A stretch of 64,000 bases of DNA from Candidatus Enterousia sp. Its GTDB lineage: Bacteria > Pseudomonadota > Alphaproteobacteria > Rs-D84. Every line of letters begins with the position of its first letter. The first letter of the stretch is position 1. Of the stretch, positions 8,516 through 19,039 are shown in pieces. The notes under the pieces are model-generated. The model had not been told where the DNA came from and made no database searches. It was given only the letters and a program-made list of their open reading frames with translations. The translations under genes and the position numbers were made by a program. Location: assembly GCA_045645645.1 (NCBI GenBank), contig JAZRJE010000020.1, positions 69,132 through 133,131 of the forward strand. The letters are read 5' to 3'.

Positions 8516-11288
8516 ACTTGCCCCATGTATTGTCTATGACATATTCAGCAACTAATGGAACAGATATTTTTGTTATGTTTTCCATGGCTGATTTAATTTG
8601 ATTGGCAAAGTCTTTTGCATAATCGTCGTCACATTCAAATATAATCTCATCGTGAACCTGCATTATCATACGGATTTTATCTGATTGAGGTTGGATTATT
8701 TTTTTGTCTATTTCGATCATTGCACGTCGCATTAAGTCGGCTTCATATCCCTGGATTGGGGCGTTGATTGCAGCACGTAATGCATAGGCACGCATTCGCG
8801 GGTTCTTTATTTCTGGCAATTCTATTCTGCGACCCCACGGGGTGTAAACACATGCGTTGTCTAAAGCGAATTGTTTAATGTTTTCAATGTATTCTCTTAT
8901 TTCTGGCAGACCTGCCATGTATGAATTTATTATATTTTGGGCGTCACTGCGTGTCGTGTTCAGTTGACCCGATAACCCAAAAGGCGATATTCCGTATATT
9001 ATTGAAAAATTTACTGTTTTAGCAGCGCGACGTAATTCTTTTGGAACTTTCGAATCGCTGGGGATGTTGAATATTTTTCGAGCAGTTTGTTCGTGGATGT
9101 CCAGACCTTTGTTGAAGGTATCACAAAATGTTTTAACATTTGCAACTTCGGCTAATAAGCGTAATTGAATTTGAGAATAGTCAACAGATATTAATTTGCG
9201 ACCCGTTGGTGCAACAAAACATTTGCGTATCTCTTCACCAAGTTGTGTTTTTATTGGAATGTTTTGCAAGTTTGGATCGCGACTAGACAAGCGTCCTGTG
9301 TTGGTGCTGGTTTGCAGATATGTTGTATGAATGCGATTGTCGGATGCAATTTGATGCGGCAATGCGTCTGTGTAAGTGCCTGCTAGCTTTGCAATAGAAC
9401 GCCAATTTAGTATTTTTTCAATTATTGGATGTGATTCTATTAATTCATTTAAAGAATTTGCGTCTGTAGAACGTTTTTTATTTTGTGGCAGGTGCAGTTC
9501 ATCAAATAAAACGCTTCCTAATTGTTTTGGGCTGGCAATATTAAATTCATGACCCGCTAAATCCCAAATTTCTTGCTGTAATGTATTAAGTTGTTCATGA
9601 AAAACGTTGGATAATTTTTGTAACTTGGTTTTGTCGACCATTACGCCATTGCGCTCCATCTGTAGCAATACTGGCATTAATGGTAAATCACATGTTTCAT
9701 ATAGCTTGCGCAGTTTGTTGTCGGAATCTAACTGGGGACGCAGACGCTTGTATAAAGACATACATATAACCGCATCTTCGGCGGCGTATGGTGTGGCCGT
9801 ATCAATAGCCAGTGTGTCAAAGTGCATGTCTGTGTCACGTGTTTTTGGAGCAAAAAGTGATGCAAATTTTATGTTTTCGTGATTAAGATATTTGTATGCT
9901 AATTCGTCTAGACTGTGACCATGAAGTGTTCCATATAGAACGTATGATAACAACATTGTATCGTCATATGGATGAATTTGTTTCGTAGACCAGCCCTCGT
10001 TTTCCATGATATGAAAATCAAATTTAAGGTTATGACCAATTTTTGTAATGTTGGGGTTAGTAAATATCGGCCATAATTTTTTATACACTGTATCGATGGA
10101 TAACTGGTTTGGGGCAGCGGTGTTGTCACCAAACAAGTCTTTTGATGGTGTGCGGTGACGAATTGGAATGTACACACCATATGAATCGCTTGCTGCTAAA
10201 GAAATCCCAACTATTTTGTCTGTGTTTATATCTAGACCCGTTGTTTCTGTGTCAATCGCAATGATGTTTGTGATATGTGACAAGAATTTATCTAGTGCAT
10301 CAACGGTTGTGATGGCTTCGTATGTTATGTCTGGTTGAAGTGACGGCAATACAGAATTGGATTCTGTGGGGGTGTCACACTTTGAAGCCGTATATGAAAA
10401 TATGTCGGATTTGTTCGCAGAATCATATTTTGCGATTGGAAATAATTTTTCTATTTTGGTGGCTAAAGAATTGCTTTCTAGTTCCGTTTTTACAAACTTT
10501 AAGGCGGCTGGTGTATTGAATATAAATGGTTTTATAATTAAATCAGATAAATTAACATCTGTTTTTAGTGTTACCAGTTGACGTGATATATATGCCATTT
10601 CGCGATTGTCTTGTAACAGTTTGCGTGTACGCTCGTTTTGTACCTGATCAAGGTTCGCATATAGGTTGTCAAGATTGTCAAATTTGTTTATTAATTCAGA
10701 GGCTTTTTTGGGGCCTATTCCTGGGACACCTGGCACATTATCAGTAGAATCACCCATTAATGATTGCACATCAATAACTTGATCAGGTCTAACGCCAAAT
10801 TTATCAAAGACTTGCGGGGTATGTATTTCGGTGTTTTTCATACCGTCGTATAGAAATGTGCATTCTGATACCAGTTGCATCAGGTCTTTGTCGCTGGTTA
10901 TGATACGGGTAGAGCGCTGTGCTTTACAATTTTTGTGTGCCAGTGTGGCAATTACGTCGTCTGCTTCAACCCCAGGAATGCACAATACGGGCATGCCTAG
11001 TGCTGCTAAACCACTGCGTATCAGTAACGACTGTGATATTAAATCTTCGGGCGTGTCTGTGCGGTTTGCTTTGTATGCGGGGTATATATCCTGACGGAAT
11101 GTAATGCGTGATGCATCAAATACGCATATAAATTTATCTTCTGGTTTTGCTGCGGCCAAGATAGGCAGTATCATATTTAAAAAGCCGTACACTGCGCCAG
11201 TGGGCGTTCCATCAGTACGTGTAAGACGACTGTGTACGCCGTAATATGCACGAAACAGTAATGAATTTCCATCAATTAATGTCAGCAT
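8514..11288 (-). CDS. polA: DNA polymerase I
   Basis: 5'-3' exonuclease (LIDGNS, EADD), 3'-5' exonuclease (DTETT), polymerase motifs DYSQI, AKTVNF..YG, QVHDE. Confidence 0.97.
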   Translation of the reverse strand: MLTLIDGNSLLFRAYYGVHSRLTRTDGTPTGAVYGFLNMILPILAAAKPEDKFICVFDASRITFRQDIYPAYKANRTDTPEDLISQSLLIRSGLAALGMPVLCIPGVEADDVIATLAHKNCKAQRSTRIITSDKDLMQLVSECTFLYDGMKNTEIHTPQVFDKFGVRPDQVIDVQSLMGDSTDNVPGVPGIGPKKASELINKFDNLDNLYANLDQVQNERTRKLLQDNREMAYISRQLVTLKTDVNLSDLIIKPFIFNTPAALKFVKTELESNSLATKIEKLFPIAKYDSANKSDIFSYTASKCDTPTESNSVLPSLQPDITYEAITTVDALDKFLSHITNIIAIDTETTGLDINTDKIVGISLAASDSYGVYIPIRHRTPSKDLFGDNTAAPNQLSIDTVYKKLWPIFTNPNITKIGHNLKFDFHIMENEGWSTKQIHPYDDTMLLSYVLYGTLHGHSLDELAYKYLNHENIKFASLFAPKTRDTDMHFDTLAIDTATPYAAEDAVICMSLYKRLRPQLDSDNKLRKLYETCDLPLMPVLLQMERNGVMVDKTKLQKLSNVFHEQLNTLQQEIWDLAGHEFNIASPKQLGSVLFDELHLPQNKKRSTDANSLNELIESHPIIEKILNWRSIAKLAGTYTDALPHQIASDNRIHTTYLQTSTNTGRLSSRDPNLQNIPIKTQLGEEIRKCFVAPTGRKLISVDYSQIQLRLLAEVANVKTFCDTFNKGLDIHEQTARKIFNIPSDSKVPKELRRAAKTVNFSIIYGISPFGLSGQLNTTRSDAQNIINSYMAGLPEIREYIENIKQFALDNACVYTPWGRRIELPEIKNPRMRAYALRAAINAPIQGYEADLMRRAMIEIDKKIIQPQSDKIRMIMQVHDEIIFECDDDYAKDFANQIKSAMENITKISVPLVAEYVIDNTWGK

Positions 11289-11310
11289 ATATTACCCCGT
11301 TGGTATTTTG

Positions 11311-11862
11311 TTAGAATGTATAGCGCAATTTTAGACGTGCGTCATAATGCATAATATCAACCATTTTAGTGGCGATTTCATATGCATTGTTTGCATATAA
11401 AACACGTGCTTCAATGTCAAATTTTACAGGAGTTAAAGGCAAATCTAAGGTTAGCCCCAGCATGCCTTGGTACGTGATGGATTTATCCATGTTAATGTGT
11501 GGTGCAAAATCTGGGTTGTATGTAGATTCAAAGGTTGTACCTAATCCTGCCCCAAAATATGGTTTGAATACTGGGGTTGGAATTTTGAAATAACCGTTAA
11601 TCATAGCCAGGTTTATGGTTGTATCATATCCTGTTAGGTAATTGTATTCGGCCTCGATTCTGAACAAAGGAATGTCAATTCCGATTACTGCACCATAACT
11701 TTGCGCACTGTGATCGTTGAAGTGTTTGTCGATGATTTGTGATGATGCGCCAAAGCCTGCGGTGCCCCCAGCGTAAATATCAAATAATAAATTCGCATTT
11801 GCTGTACCTGTGCTGAATATAATTGCAGCAGTGGTTAAAAAAACGATGGAATTTAATTTCAT
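11311..11862 (-). CDS. small outer-membrane beta-barrel protein
   Basis: Signal peptide, FRIEAEYNY, PYFGAGLG, terminal LRYTF. Confidence 0.8.
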   Translation of the reverse strand: MKLNSIVFLTTAAIIFSTGTANANLLFDIYAGGTAGFGASSQIIDKHFNDHSAQSYGAVIGIDIPLFRIEAEYNYLTGYDTTINLAMINGYFKIPTPVFKPYFGAGLGTTFESTYNPDFAPHINMDKSITYQGMLGLTLDLPLTPVKFDIEARVLYANNAYEIATKMVDIMHYDARLKLRYTF

Positions 11863-11909
11863 TTTTTACTCCTTTGTGTGATATTATAATAAAAAAAAGA
11901 GTATGGAAT

Positions 11910-12431
11910 ATGCAAGAAAATAAACCTGTGTTGGTTGTTGGTTTGGGAAATCCTGGACCAGAATATATAAATACACGTCATAATATAGGCTTTATGGCGT
12001 TGGATAGATTTGCTGGTATTAATCCAACGTGGAAGAAAGAAAAAAATGCGCTTACATGTTCTGTCGATATAAATGGTCGGCGATGCATTTTGGTTAAACC
12101 ACAAACGTATATGAATAACAGTGGTGTGGCTGTTTTAGCGTTAATGACATTTTATAAAGTGCCACTTGATAACCTTATTGTGATTCATGATGATATGGAT
12201 GTTAAGGTTGGGGATATAAAAGAAAAAATTGGTGGTGGCAGTGCTGGACATAATGGAATTAAGTCGATTGATGCACATGTTGGACGGGATTATAGGCGTA
12301 TACGGATTGGTGTTGGTCATCCAAGAGATTATGGTTTTTTAATTGATCCATCTGATTGGGTGCTGGGTCGGTTCGCTCCTGAACAAATTGCCGCAATAAA
12401 TACGGTGTTAGATGATGTTAAATTGTTTTAA
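11910..12431 (+). CDS. pth: peptidyl-tRNA hydrolase
   Basis: VGLGNPG..Y..TRHNIG, KPQTYMN, HDD, GHNG. Confidence 0.96.
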   Translation: MQENKPVLVVGLGNPGPEYINTRHNIGFMALDRFAGINPTWKKEKNALTCSVDINGRRCILVKPQTYMNNSGVAVLALMTFYKVPLDNLIVIHDDMDVKVGDIKEKIGGGSAGHNGIKSIDAHVGRDYRRIRIGVGHPRDYGFLIDPSDWVLGRFAPEQIAAINTVLDDVKLF

Positions 12432-12456
12432 AAAATCCCGTTTTCGGGATTTTTTT
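12430..12456. terminator. bidirectional terminator
   Basis: AAAAAATCCCG-TTTT-CGGGATTTTTT. Confidence 0.8.
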
Positions 12457-15400
12457 ACCATTTAATTTTATGGGCATTATTGCTACTTTGGTCTTCTTTA
12501 CCAGGTAGGATCCCATTGCAAGCTGCGGTGACACTAGAAATCCAGTCCCAGCTTTTATTTGTTGTATTGTATTGAAGTTTACATTCTTGGTCGCCGTTTG
12601 CGCGATGATAATATTGCATCGGATACAGTTCGCCTGTATTTGTAGGTGTGTAATATACCCCAGTATCTCTATTTACTACCATGTATGTACCGTCTTTGCA
12701 TTCAAATGTAGCATCGGTTGTTTTGCTGATAACAGTTCCGTCCAAGCAAATTAGCAAATATGTCCCAGAATCTGTGTAGTATTCATTTGTTCTGCCTTCG
12801 TCAAACGAGAAAGTCATGACTAATTCTGCTGATTTTGTACCTTCGGGTAAGCATATTTGTAATGAATTGCTTGTTATATCTGTTGTTTTTCCATTACCGT
12901 CTTTGATCAAGTCTGACATTATAACATAATCTGTGTTAGTTGTATTATCGTATTGCTTGATCTTTATATCAACAGTGCCGTTCGTGCAACAGTTAAACCA
13001 GCTGTCTGTTGTGTCTGCTGTGCAGCAGTTCTTTTCAAGTGCTGTCGGGGTGTCAAATGCGGTTATGCTGCAGCGACCACCGTCCGCGGTAAATTGTGAT
13101 TCTGGGTAACATAAACCATTGCTGGGATCCATAAGGTAGCCAGGACCACAAGATGTGTCACGACAAGAATCGGCCATTTGGTCTGTTCCTGTATTTAAGG
13201 CAAACCAATATAACAGTGTGCTATCTTCTTCATTAACTGGTTTTTTGATTCGGTTATGTGTCATTGTGCCTAGTGGTGTTGATGGAACAACTTCGCAGTT
13301 GCCCCAGATTTTTTCGGCAATTCGACATGTTTTGCATGCTAATGATGTATCGTTTAAGTCATAGCACTTTTCTGATGCTATACATATGTCATATATACAA
13401 TTGTGACGCTGGTTACCTGTTTTGGCGATGGTTTTGTTGCCATCTTCGTCGTGTTCCCATTTTTCATCTTCAGGTGTGTCTGTAGGCCAATCATCAATGC
13501 ACACTTCGGCATGTGAGCCTTGGTTTCCTGAATTAAGTATTTCTGTAAAATCATAAATTTCTTTGTTGTTTGTATAGTATAGCGTTTTATAGAAAGAGTA
13601 CGCAGGTACTTCGCCAAGGCTAGTGTTTTGTGTCGCTGTAATTGTTCCACGCTTTACCAGCTGATCCATGATGTTGTTAATAGAATCATCGCCAGCATCA
13701 GCAATACAGTCAACAACGTCTTGCCAACATGCCGTTCTGTTAATAATAGATTTTCGATTAACAGACGTTTCTATGTTTTCGCACAAACCAAAGTTACCAG
13801 AAATAGATTTGCAGGATTGTATAATGCATGCACGCCCAACTTCTCGGCAGGTTTTTAAAATAGTATCATAGGTTTTATCTGTTGCAATCTCTGTCATACC
13901 ACTAATCCAGTCAACATCACCATCTGTTGCCTGAAGTAAGGCTGTACATGCAGTTTTTACATCTGTACACATGGCATTTACGGTGACATCTGCAACAACA
14001 CCAAATGTAGATAATGCACGTGCGTCAAAATCTTCAAGAGTTTTAGCTGTATCGGATAAACACTGTGTGGTTAATGTTGTGCAACTTTGGCGTACTTCTT
14101 CCAATTTAGCATCTTGGGCCAGTTTAATTTGAGATAACGCATCTTCAATGAAGTCGTTCCAAACGTAGTCAGATATGTCTTGGCAATGTTCTGTAGCAGG
14201 TGCCAGGTATTGTCTTTTTGAATTCAAATAAGAAACAAATTTTTCATTGCCAGGCATTCCAACCCATGTTTGATTTGCGCTGGGGCGTGTGATTAAGTAA
14301 TTCAAATTAGCTAGGTTCGTTGTCAGGAATGCTTCGCCTGTAGTAGGGTCAATGTATTGACCAGTTGTGTCTAAGCATTTTATTAAATTTGTACCACACA
14401 CAGATGAATTTGTTAACATGTCTAACATTTTCTTTTTACATGTTAATATGTCGTCAGAATTTTTGTCTTGATAGACGTTCAGGCGTGACATGTCTAATAA
14501 GGCGCTACTTTCACGAATTTTCTCACGTGCTTGGTCTGCTTGTGATTGATACGATTTCTTTACAGTGTTGCAATCTTGTTCAATCATCATTTGGTAGCCA
14601 CTTTCTGCGATTGATAACTGGTCAGGTGTACATACTTCTGCGGCCATTTCACGGCATACAGGTAGTGCTGCAGCATATAATTCTGTACCTGTTTTTAATG
14701 TTGTTGATGCGCCCATCATAGAATCAACGTTATCGAAGGCGGCGTCCTCGTTTAATGATAATGATATCGCTGTCATGTTTCGATCAAAAGATTCATTATC
14801 AAATGTTTTGTTTAATTTTTTCGAAATTTCATTCAGTATGTTTTGCGAATCGGATTTGTCCTTTGCGTTAAATGCCAGCTCGCCTTCGGTAGCTACATTA
14901 AGTGCTGCCGCATCCTTTGCGTCCATGCTGACCGTTAACAAGCGTTGGCTAAAGTTGAGCATCTTTTCTTCAGCATTAGCAAGTTGTTTCTTTGCATTAT
15001 CAAATTCGTGCAGGCGTGATGAACAGGCGCAGCGTTTAAGTTGGCTATCTTTGTTCGCGCAAAATTCGTCCATGCACTTATAGTATATGTCGCGACATTC
15101 TTTTGTGTTTGAATTCATTATTTGATTACGCAGCTCAAGTGTTTCTTGGGGCATTGTTGCGCTGCGTGCGGAAGATGTACGTTTGACGCCAGTCTGGCGG
15201 GCAGGTGTACGTACTGGTTGGGTGGTGTTTTGAACAGTTCTGCCCAATAATTTTGTATTCGTTCCTGTGCGAGATACACTTGTAACTGGTGTCGTGGCAA
15301 TTTTTTTTGTTGCTGTGGCACGACTGGCGATATTAGAGCTGGTGTTGCGTGCACTAACGTTTTCTGTTGAAGTGTTGCGTGATGTAGATCCACGTGATAC

Positions 15401-15670
15401 GTTTGGGCCAGATGTTGTTGTCCGTTGCTTTTGAGCCCGTTCGCGCACATTGGGTGTGGTTTCTTCAGGAATATTTGTTTGACGTGAAATACTTGTTTTC
15501 TTTGTTAAATCAACGGCTGTATTCGTTTTTTGTCGATTGGAGTTTTGGGTAGAGGTTGTTACACCACGACGTATAGCGGCGCGTGCAGCGTCGTAGTCTT
15601 CTGTTGCAAATGTGCCACCAAACGTAAGTAGCACAAGGCATACAGCAAAAATAGCCTTGGTTCCCTTCAT
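12455..15670 (-). CDS. large secreted Cys-rich protein with T/S/R-rich N-terminal linker
   Basis: Signal peptide from ATG 15670 (the longer upstream start overlaps the tRNA); low-complexity linker; many Cys pairs. Confidence 0.8.
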   Translation of the reverse strand: MKGTKAIFAVCLVLLTFGGTFATEDYDAARAAIRRGVTTSTQNSNRQKTNTAVDLTKKTSISRQTNIPEETTPNVRERAQKQRTTTSGPNVSRGSTSRNTSTENVSARNTSSNIASRATATKKIATTPVTSVSRTGTNTKLLGRTVQNTTQPVRTPARQTGVKRTSSARSATMPQETLELRNQIMNSNTKECRDIYYKCMDEFCANKDSQLKRCACSSRLHEFDNAKKQLANAEEKMLNFSQRLLTVSMDAKDAAALNVATEGELAFNAKDKSDSQNILNEISKKLNKTFDNESFDRNMTAISLSLNEDAAFDNVDSMMGASTTLKTGTELYAAALPVCREMAAEVCTPDQLSIAESGYQMMIEQDCNTVKKSYQSQADQAREKIRESSALLDMSRLNVYQDKNSDDILTCKKKMLDMLTNSSVCGTNLIKCLDTTGQYIDPTTGEAFLTTNLANLNYLITRPSANQTWVGMPGNEKFVSYLNSKRQYLAPATEHCQDISDYVWNDFIEDALSQIKLAQDAKLEEVRQSCTTLTTQCLSDTAKTLEDFDARALSTFGVVADVTVNAMCTDVKTACTALLQATDGDVDWISGMTEIATDKTYDTILKTCREVGRACIIQSCKSISGNFGLCENIETSVNRKSIINRTACWQDVVDCIADAGDDSINNIMDQLVKRGTITATQNTSLGEVPAYSFYKTLYYTNNKEIYDFTEILNSGNQGSHAEVCIDDWPTDTPEDEKWEHDEDGNKTIAKTGNQRHNCIYDICIASEKCYDLNDTSLACKTCRIAEKIWGNCEVVPSTPLGTMTHNRIKKPVNEEDSTLLYWFALNTGTDQMADSCRDTSCGPGYLMDPSNGLCYPESQFTADGGRCSITAFDTPTALEKNCCTADTTDSWFNCCTNGTVDIKIKQYDNTTNTDYVIMSDLIKDGNGKTTDITSNSLQICLPEGTKSAELVMTFSFDEGRTNEYYTDSGTYLLICLDGTVISKTTDATFECKDGTYMVVNRDTGVYYTPTNTGELYPMQYYHRANGDQECKLQYNTTNKSWDWISSVTAACNGILPGKEDQSSNNAHKIKW

Positions 15671-15745
15671 CCTTATATGGGTAAGTGTAGCAAATTTAAG
15701 AAAAATCGGGCAAGTAAAATATGTGAATATAATAATGAAAAATAT

Positions 15746-15831
15746 TGGTGCGGCCAGGGGGAATCGAACCCCCAAGGATTTTGTCCACAGCATCCTTAGT
15801 GCTGCGCGTCTACCAGTTCCGCCATGGCCGC
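15746..15831 (-). tRNA. tRNA-Leu(AAG)
   Basis: GCGGCCA/TGGCCGC acceptor stem, A73, CCA, Leu-type D-arm GGCGGAACTGGTAGACGCG, anticodon arm CAGCA-CTAAGGA-TGCTG, long variable arm. Confidence 0.92.
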
Positions 15832-15922
15832 ATTAATTTTGTGTATTTTGACAAGAAGATGTTTTTTTTTCAACCTTTTTATGATATTATTATTCTGATA
15901 AATAAGAAAGTAAGGAAAAAAT

Positions 15923-17503
15923 ATGAAAGTTTTATCTAAAATTATATCTAGTTGTTCTATGCTGATGCTAGTTCCAGCGGCACTGAATGCGGCAGGGACT
16001 TATTATACAGGTAATACATATCAGTCCCCACAGGTTTCAAGATATAACTCTTCAACATATTCTAAGACGACTACACGTGGTAATGTTGCTAATTCTGCTT
16101 ATAATCAGGGACGGTATTCATCTTATACAAATCGCTATGGGCAAAATAATCAGGCTTATCGTACGGCAGCACAAACGCGTGGTGGCGTATCGCAGCAAGC
16201 TGCGACAGTTGCGTCAACAAAGTCAAGTTCAGCGGGCGGTTTTAAATTAGATGCAGGTTTGTCTTATAAGACAGGTATGTGGCAATTTGATATGAAAACA
16301 GCAGGTTCGCGTTTACACTATGATAATCTGGGGTGGGCTGTGTTTGATGTAAATGCTGGTTATGATTTTAATGCTGGTAAAACACCGATTGCTCTGAAAG
16401 CTGGATTAGAATATGGAATGCAGATTGGCGAATCGACCATGATTGACGACGATATTTCTAACGGTGGTTATGAGGTGCAACGTTGGTATAACGATAATGG
16501 TGGGCTGGAACAGATTCAGTTGGGGCATGCGCTGTCTATCGGAAGTACCAAGGGCGGTGATATGCTGGGGTTAAATGCCAGTGTTGGCCTAAAAGATTTC
16601 TTTACATGGGGCAAGGTTAAAGTTACGCCGTCAATTGGTTGGCGTCATTTTAAATATACCCTGGAAACCAAGGGGAATTATGGGCTTAAAATAGATACAC
16701 TGAATAATAACAATTCTTGTACTGATTATGAGGGGATGGAGCAGTGCTGGCCAGCAATTGCGTTTTATCAGGTGCTAAGCAATAATGAAGTTCAGTATCA
16801 GTTTAAAGATTTTGTTTATGTTGATATTGATGGTGACGATTTTGCCGATTTGGCGGGTATTCCTTTAGAAGGTTTATCTGGGTACGTTGATACAATGGAT
16901 TCCTTTTATTTTCATCAGTCTAATATGAGTCATTCATATGAAGTTACCTGGTCTGGACCTTTCTTGGCGTTGGATATGTTGTATGATATCAACGAAAATA
17001 ATTTTGTGACGGCGCATTTGGAATTGGGGTTGCCAGGTTATAATGCAACTGCAGATCAGCCGTATCGTACGGAATGGCAGCATCCAAAGTCGATTGAAGA
17101 TGAGGGTGGGATTGGGTCTGCGTTCCATTTTGGACTGGGGGCAAATTGGACCACAGCTTTGACGGACAGGGTGGCGTTGTCAGTGGGACTTACCTATGAT
17201 TATTATAATGTAAGTGGTGCAGATGCAAATACATATCTGGATCCGACTTATTGGCAGGCTATATACGATGGAATCCTGGATGCTTATGAAAACGATCCAG
17301 AATTGACATTTGCTGACAGGGCAGAAGCAGAGCAGGCGATGCTGAACGGGTTTATCTATGGTGACTATGAATATGGTCCAGATGCTACGGCTGTGTATAT
17401 CAATAATGTGCGTGCAAATGGTTGGAAAGATACAGTTTCAGATGAAATTGATTCATTCTTTAAATCTTTGGGCGTTCGTGTTGGCTTGACAGCGCGCTTT
17501 TAA
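15923..17503 (+). CDS. outer-membrane beta-barrel protein with low-complexity N-terminus
   Basis: Signal peptide, S/T/Y/R-rich segment, amphipathic strands, terminal VGLTARF. Confidence 0.7.
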   Translation: MKVLSKIISSCSMLMLVPAALNAAGTYYTGNTYQSPQVSRYNSSTYSKTTTRGNVANSAYNQGRYSSYTNRYGQNNQAYRTAAQTRGGVSQQAATVASTKSSSAGGFKLDAGLSYKTGMWQFDMKTAGSRLHYDNLGWAVFDVNAGYDFNAGKTPIALKAGLEYGMQIGESTMIDDDISNGGYEVQRWYNDNGGLEQIQLGHALSIGSTKGGDMLGLNASVGLKDFFTWGKVKVTPSIGWRHFKYTLETKGNYGLKIDTLNNNNSCTDYEGMEQCWPAIAFYQVLSNNEVQYQFKDFVYVDIDGDDFADLAGIPLEGLSGYVDTMDSFYFHQSNMSHSYEVTWSGPFLALDMLYDINENNFVTAHLELGLPGYNATADQPYRTEWQHPKSIEDEGGIGSAFHFGLGANWTTALTDRVALSVGLTYDYYNVSGADANTYLDPTYWQAIYDGILDAYENDPELTFADRAEAEQAMLNGFIYGDYEYGPDATAVYINNVRANGWKDTVSDEIDSFFKSLGVRVGLTARF

Positions 17504-17521
17504 TAGATAGAATGTGCAGGC

Positions 17522-18127
17522 ATGAAAAGATATTTGGTTGCTTTATTGTGTTTTTTTGCTGTATCGGTAGCAAACGCTGCGGGTTTGTCTGGGATGGCCA
17601 GTGTTAATGTAACCAGTGATACAGCTGCTTCTGCTAAGAATATGGCGATGGCTGAGGCCAGACGACAGATTATAGCAGATGTTTTAAGTCAGTATTCTGA
17701 CCGTGGAATGTTGGCTGTGGCAATGGAGCAAGCAGTTGATTCTGCGTTGACAGCGATGATTGCAACAACAGCAATTGATAATGAAAAGACTTCAGATACG
17801 ACGTATTCGGCGAATATTACGATGACTTTGGATTTGGATACAGTGCGTAATTGGTTGCAAGAAAAAGAAGTTCAAAATTGGTTGCCAAATACAGCAGATA
17901 GCAGTCGTTTTTCAGTCTTAATAACACTGAAAAATCCAATTTCAGATTGGGCGCAGCTAAATAAAATTGCCCGAGAAGATCAAATAGATATGCAGACAGC
18001 GTTTATCAATGGTTCGTCTGTAACAGTTTTGGTGCCTGTTGGTCAGCGTGGCGATTTTACAATAGCTGTACGTGAAAATGGTTGGCATTTTTCAAATGTT
18101 GATAATGGTTTGCGTATCTGGAAGTAA
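17522..18127 (+). CDS. periplasmic/secreted hypothetical protein (DUF2066-like N-terminus possible)
   Basis: Signal peptide ANA; VNVTSDTAASAKNMAMAEA helix. Confidence 0.6.
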   Translation: MKRYLVALLCFFAVSVANAAGLSGMASVNVTSDTAASAKNMAMAEARRQIIADVLSQYSDRGMLAVAMEQAVDSALTAMIATTAIDNEKTSDTTYSANITMTLDLDTVRNWLQEKEVQNWLPNTADSSRFSVLITLKNPISDWAQLNKIAREDQIDMQTAFINGSSVTVLVPVGQRGDFTIAVRENGWHFSNVDNGLRIWK

Positions 18128-18150
18128 TTTATTTTTTATTGGGGGTAATT

Positions 18151-19005
18151 GTGAAAAAGATTTATAGTACTTTTTTATTAGGACTGGTGCCTTTTGGTGC
18201 CTTTGCAGAAACTGGTAATACAAGTTTAGTTTTATCTGTGCGTCGTGTTGGGTTGGAATTGTCACAAACCCAGGTGCGTAATGCTGCAGAATACAAAGAT
18301 TCTCCAGTATCTGTTTTAGGGGCGGATAGTCAGGAATTTATTAAGGGGGTTTTTGATACCGCGCTGGAATATAAAAAAAATCGTTTTCAGTGGGATAATT
18401 CGTTGTTTATGGAATATGGTGAAACGAAGTTGAAGCCTGAAAATGGTGTGGTTACGTCCAGTGAAAATGCAGATGATATATTGCTGTCCAGTAATTTAGA
18501 ATATGAATGCTGGGAATTTGGTGGGTTTAAATTTGGTCCAACGGTTCGTGCAGCCTATGACACAGAATTTGTTGCATCAAATGATGCGCCACGTCAGAAT
18601 CTGATTCGTGCAAATGCTGGTTTATCATTGTTTGATAATAAGGTTATAAAAAGCTTATATCTAACTGGGGTTTATGAATACGATTTTACATATGCAGATA
18701 ATAAAATTTCAAAAACAGCGGCTGAAGTTGGCTGGCGTTTGGAGTATGAGGTTCGCGACGGTGTTAAATTGTCTTCTAATGGTTATTATCGTGAATATTT
18801 GGGCTATTCCAGCTATGAACGCACAGATTTGGAACGTGATTTAAGTGCAGTTGCACGTTTGGATGCGAATTTATGGGGGGATTTAACGATGGGGCCGTAT
18901 GTTCAGTATCGTCGTGCACGTGCACGTGGTGTAGACGTATACGGCAGTAATTTTATTGTCGGAATATCTTTTAATTATATAACAAAATTTGGTTTGATAG
19001 ATTAA
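18151..19005 (+). CDS. putative outer-membrane beta-barrel (DUF3078/DUF481-like)
   Basis: GTG start with SD GGGGG, signal peptide AFA, WDNSLFMEYG strand pattern. Confidence 0.6.
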   Translation: MKKIYSTFLLGLVPFGAFAETGNTSLVLSVRRVGLELSQTQVRNAAEYKDSPVSVLGADSQEFIKGVFDTALEYKKNRFQWDNSLFMEYGETKLKPENGVVTSSENADDILLSSNLEYECWEFGGFKFGPTVRAAYDTEFVASNDAPRQNLIRANAGLSLFDNKVIKSLYLTGVYEYDFTYADNKISKTAAEVGWRLEYEVRDGVKLSSNGYYREYLGYSSYERTDLERDLSAVARLDANLWGDLTMGPYVQYRRARARGVDVYGSNFIVGISFNYITKFGLID

Positions 19006-19039
19006 AAAAATTGCCCCAAAAGGGGCTGTTTTTTATTGT

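Noticed and set aside
15671-15793. Extended N-terminus of the 1112-aa ORF, and ORFs 15612/15745
   Set aside because: They overlap tRNA-Leu(AAG); the signal peptide starts at 15670.
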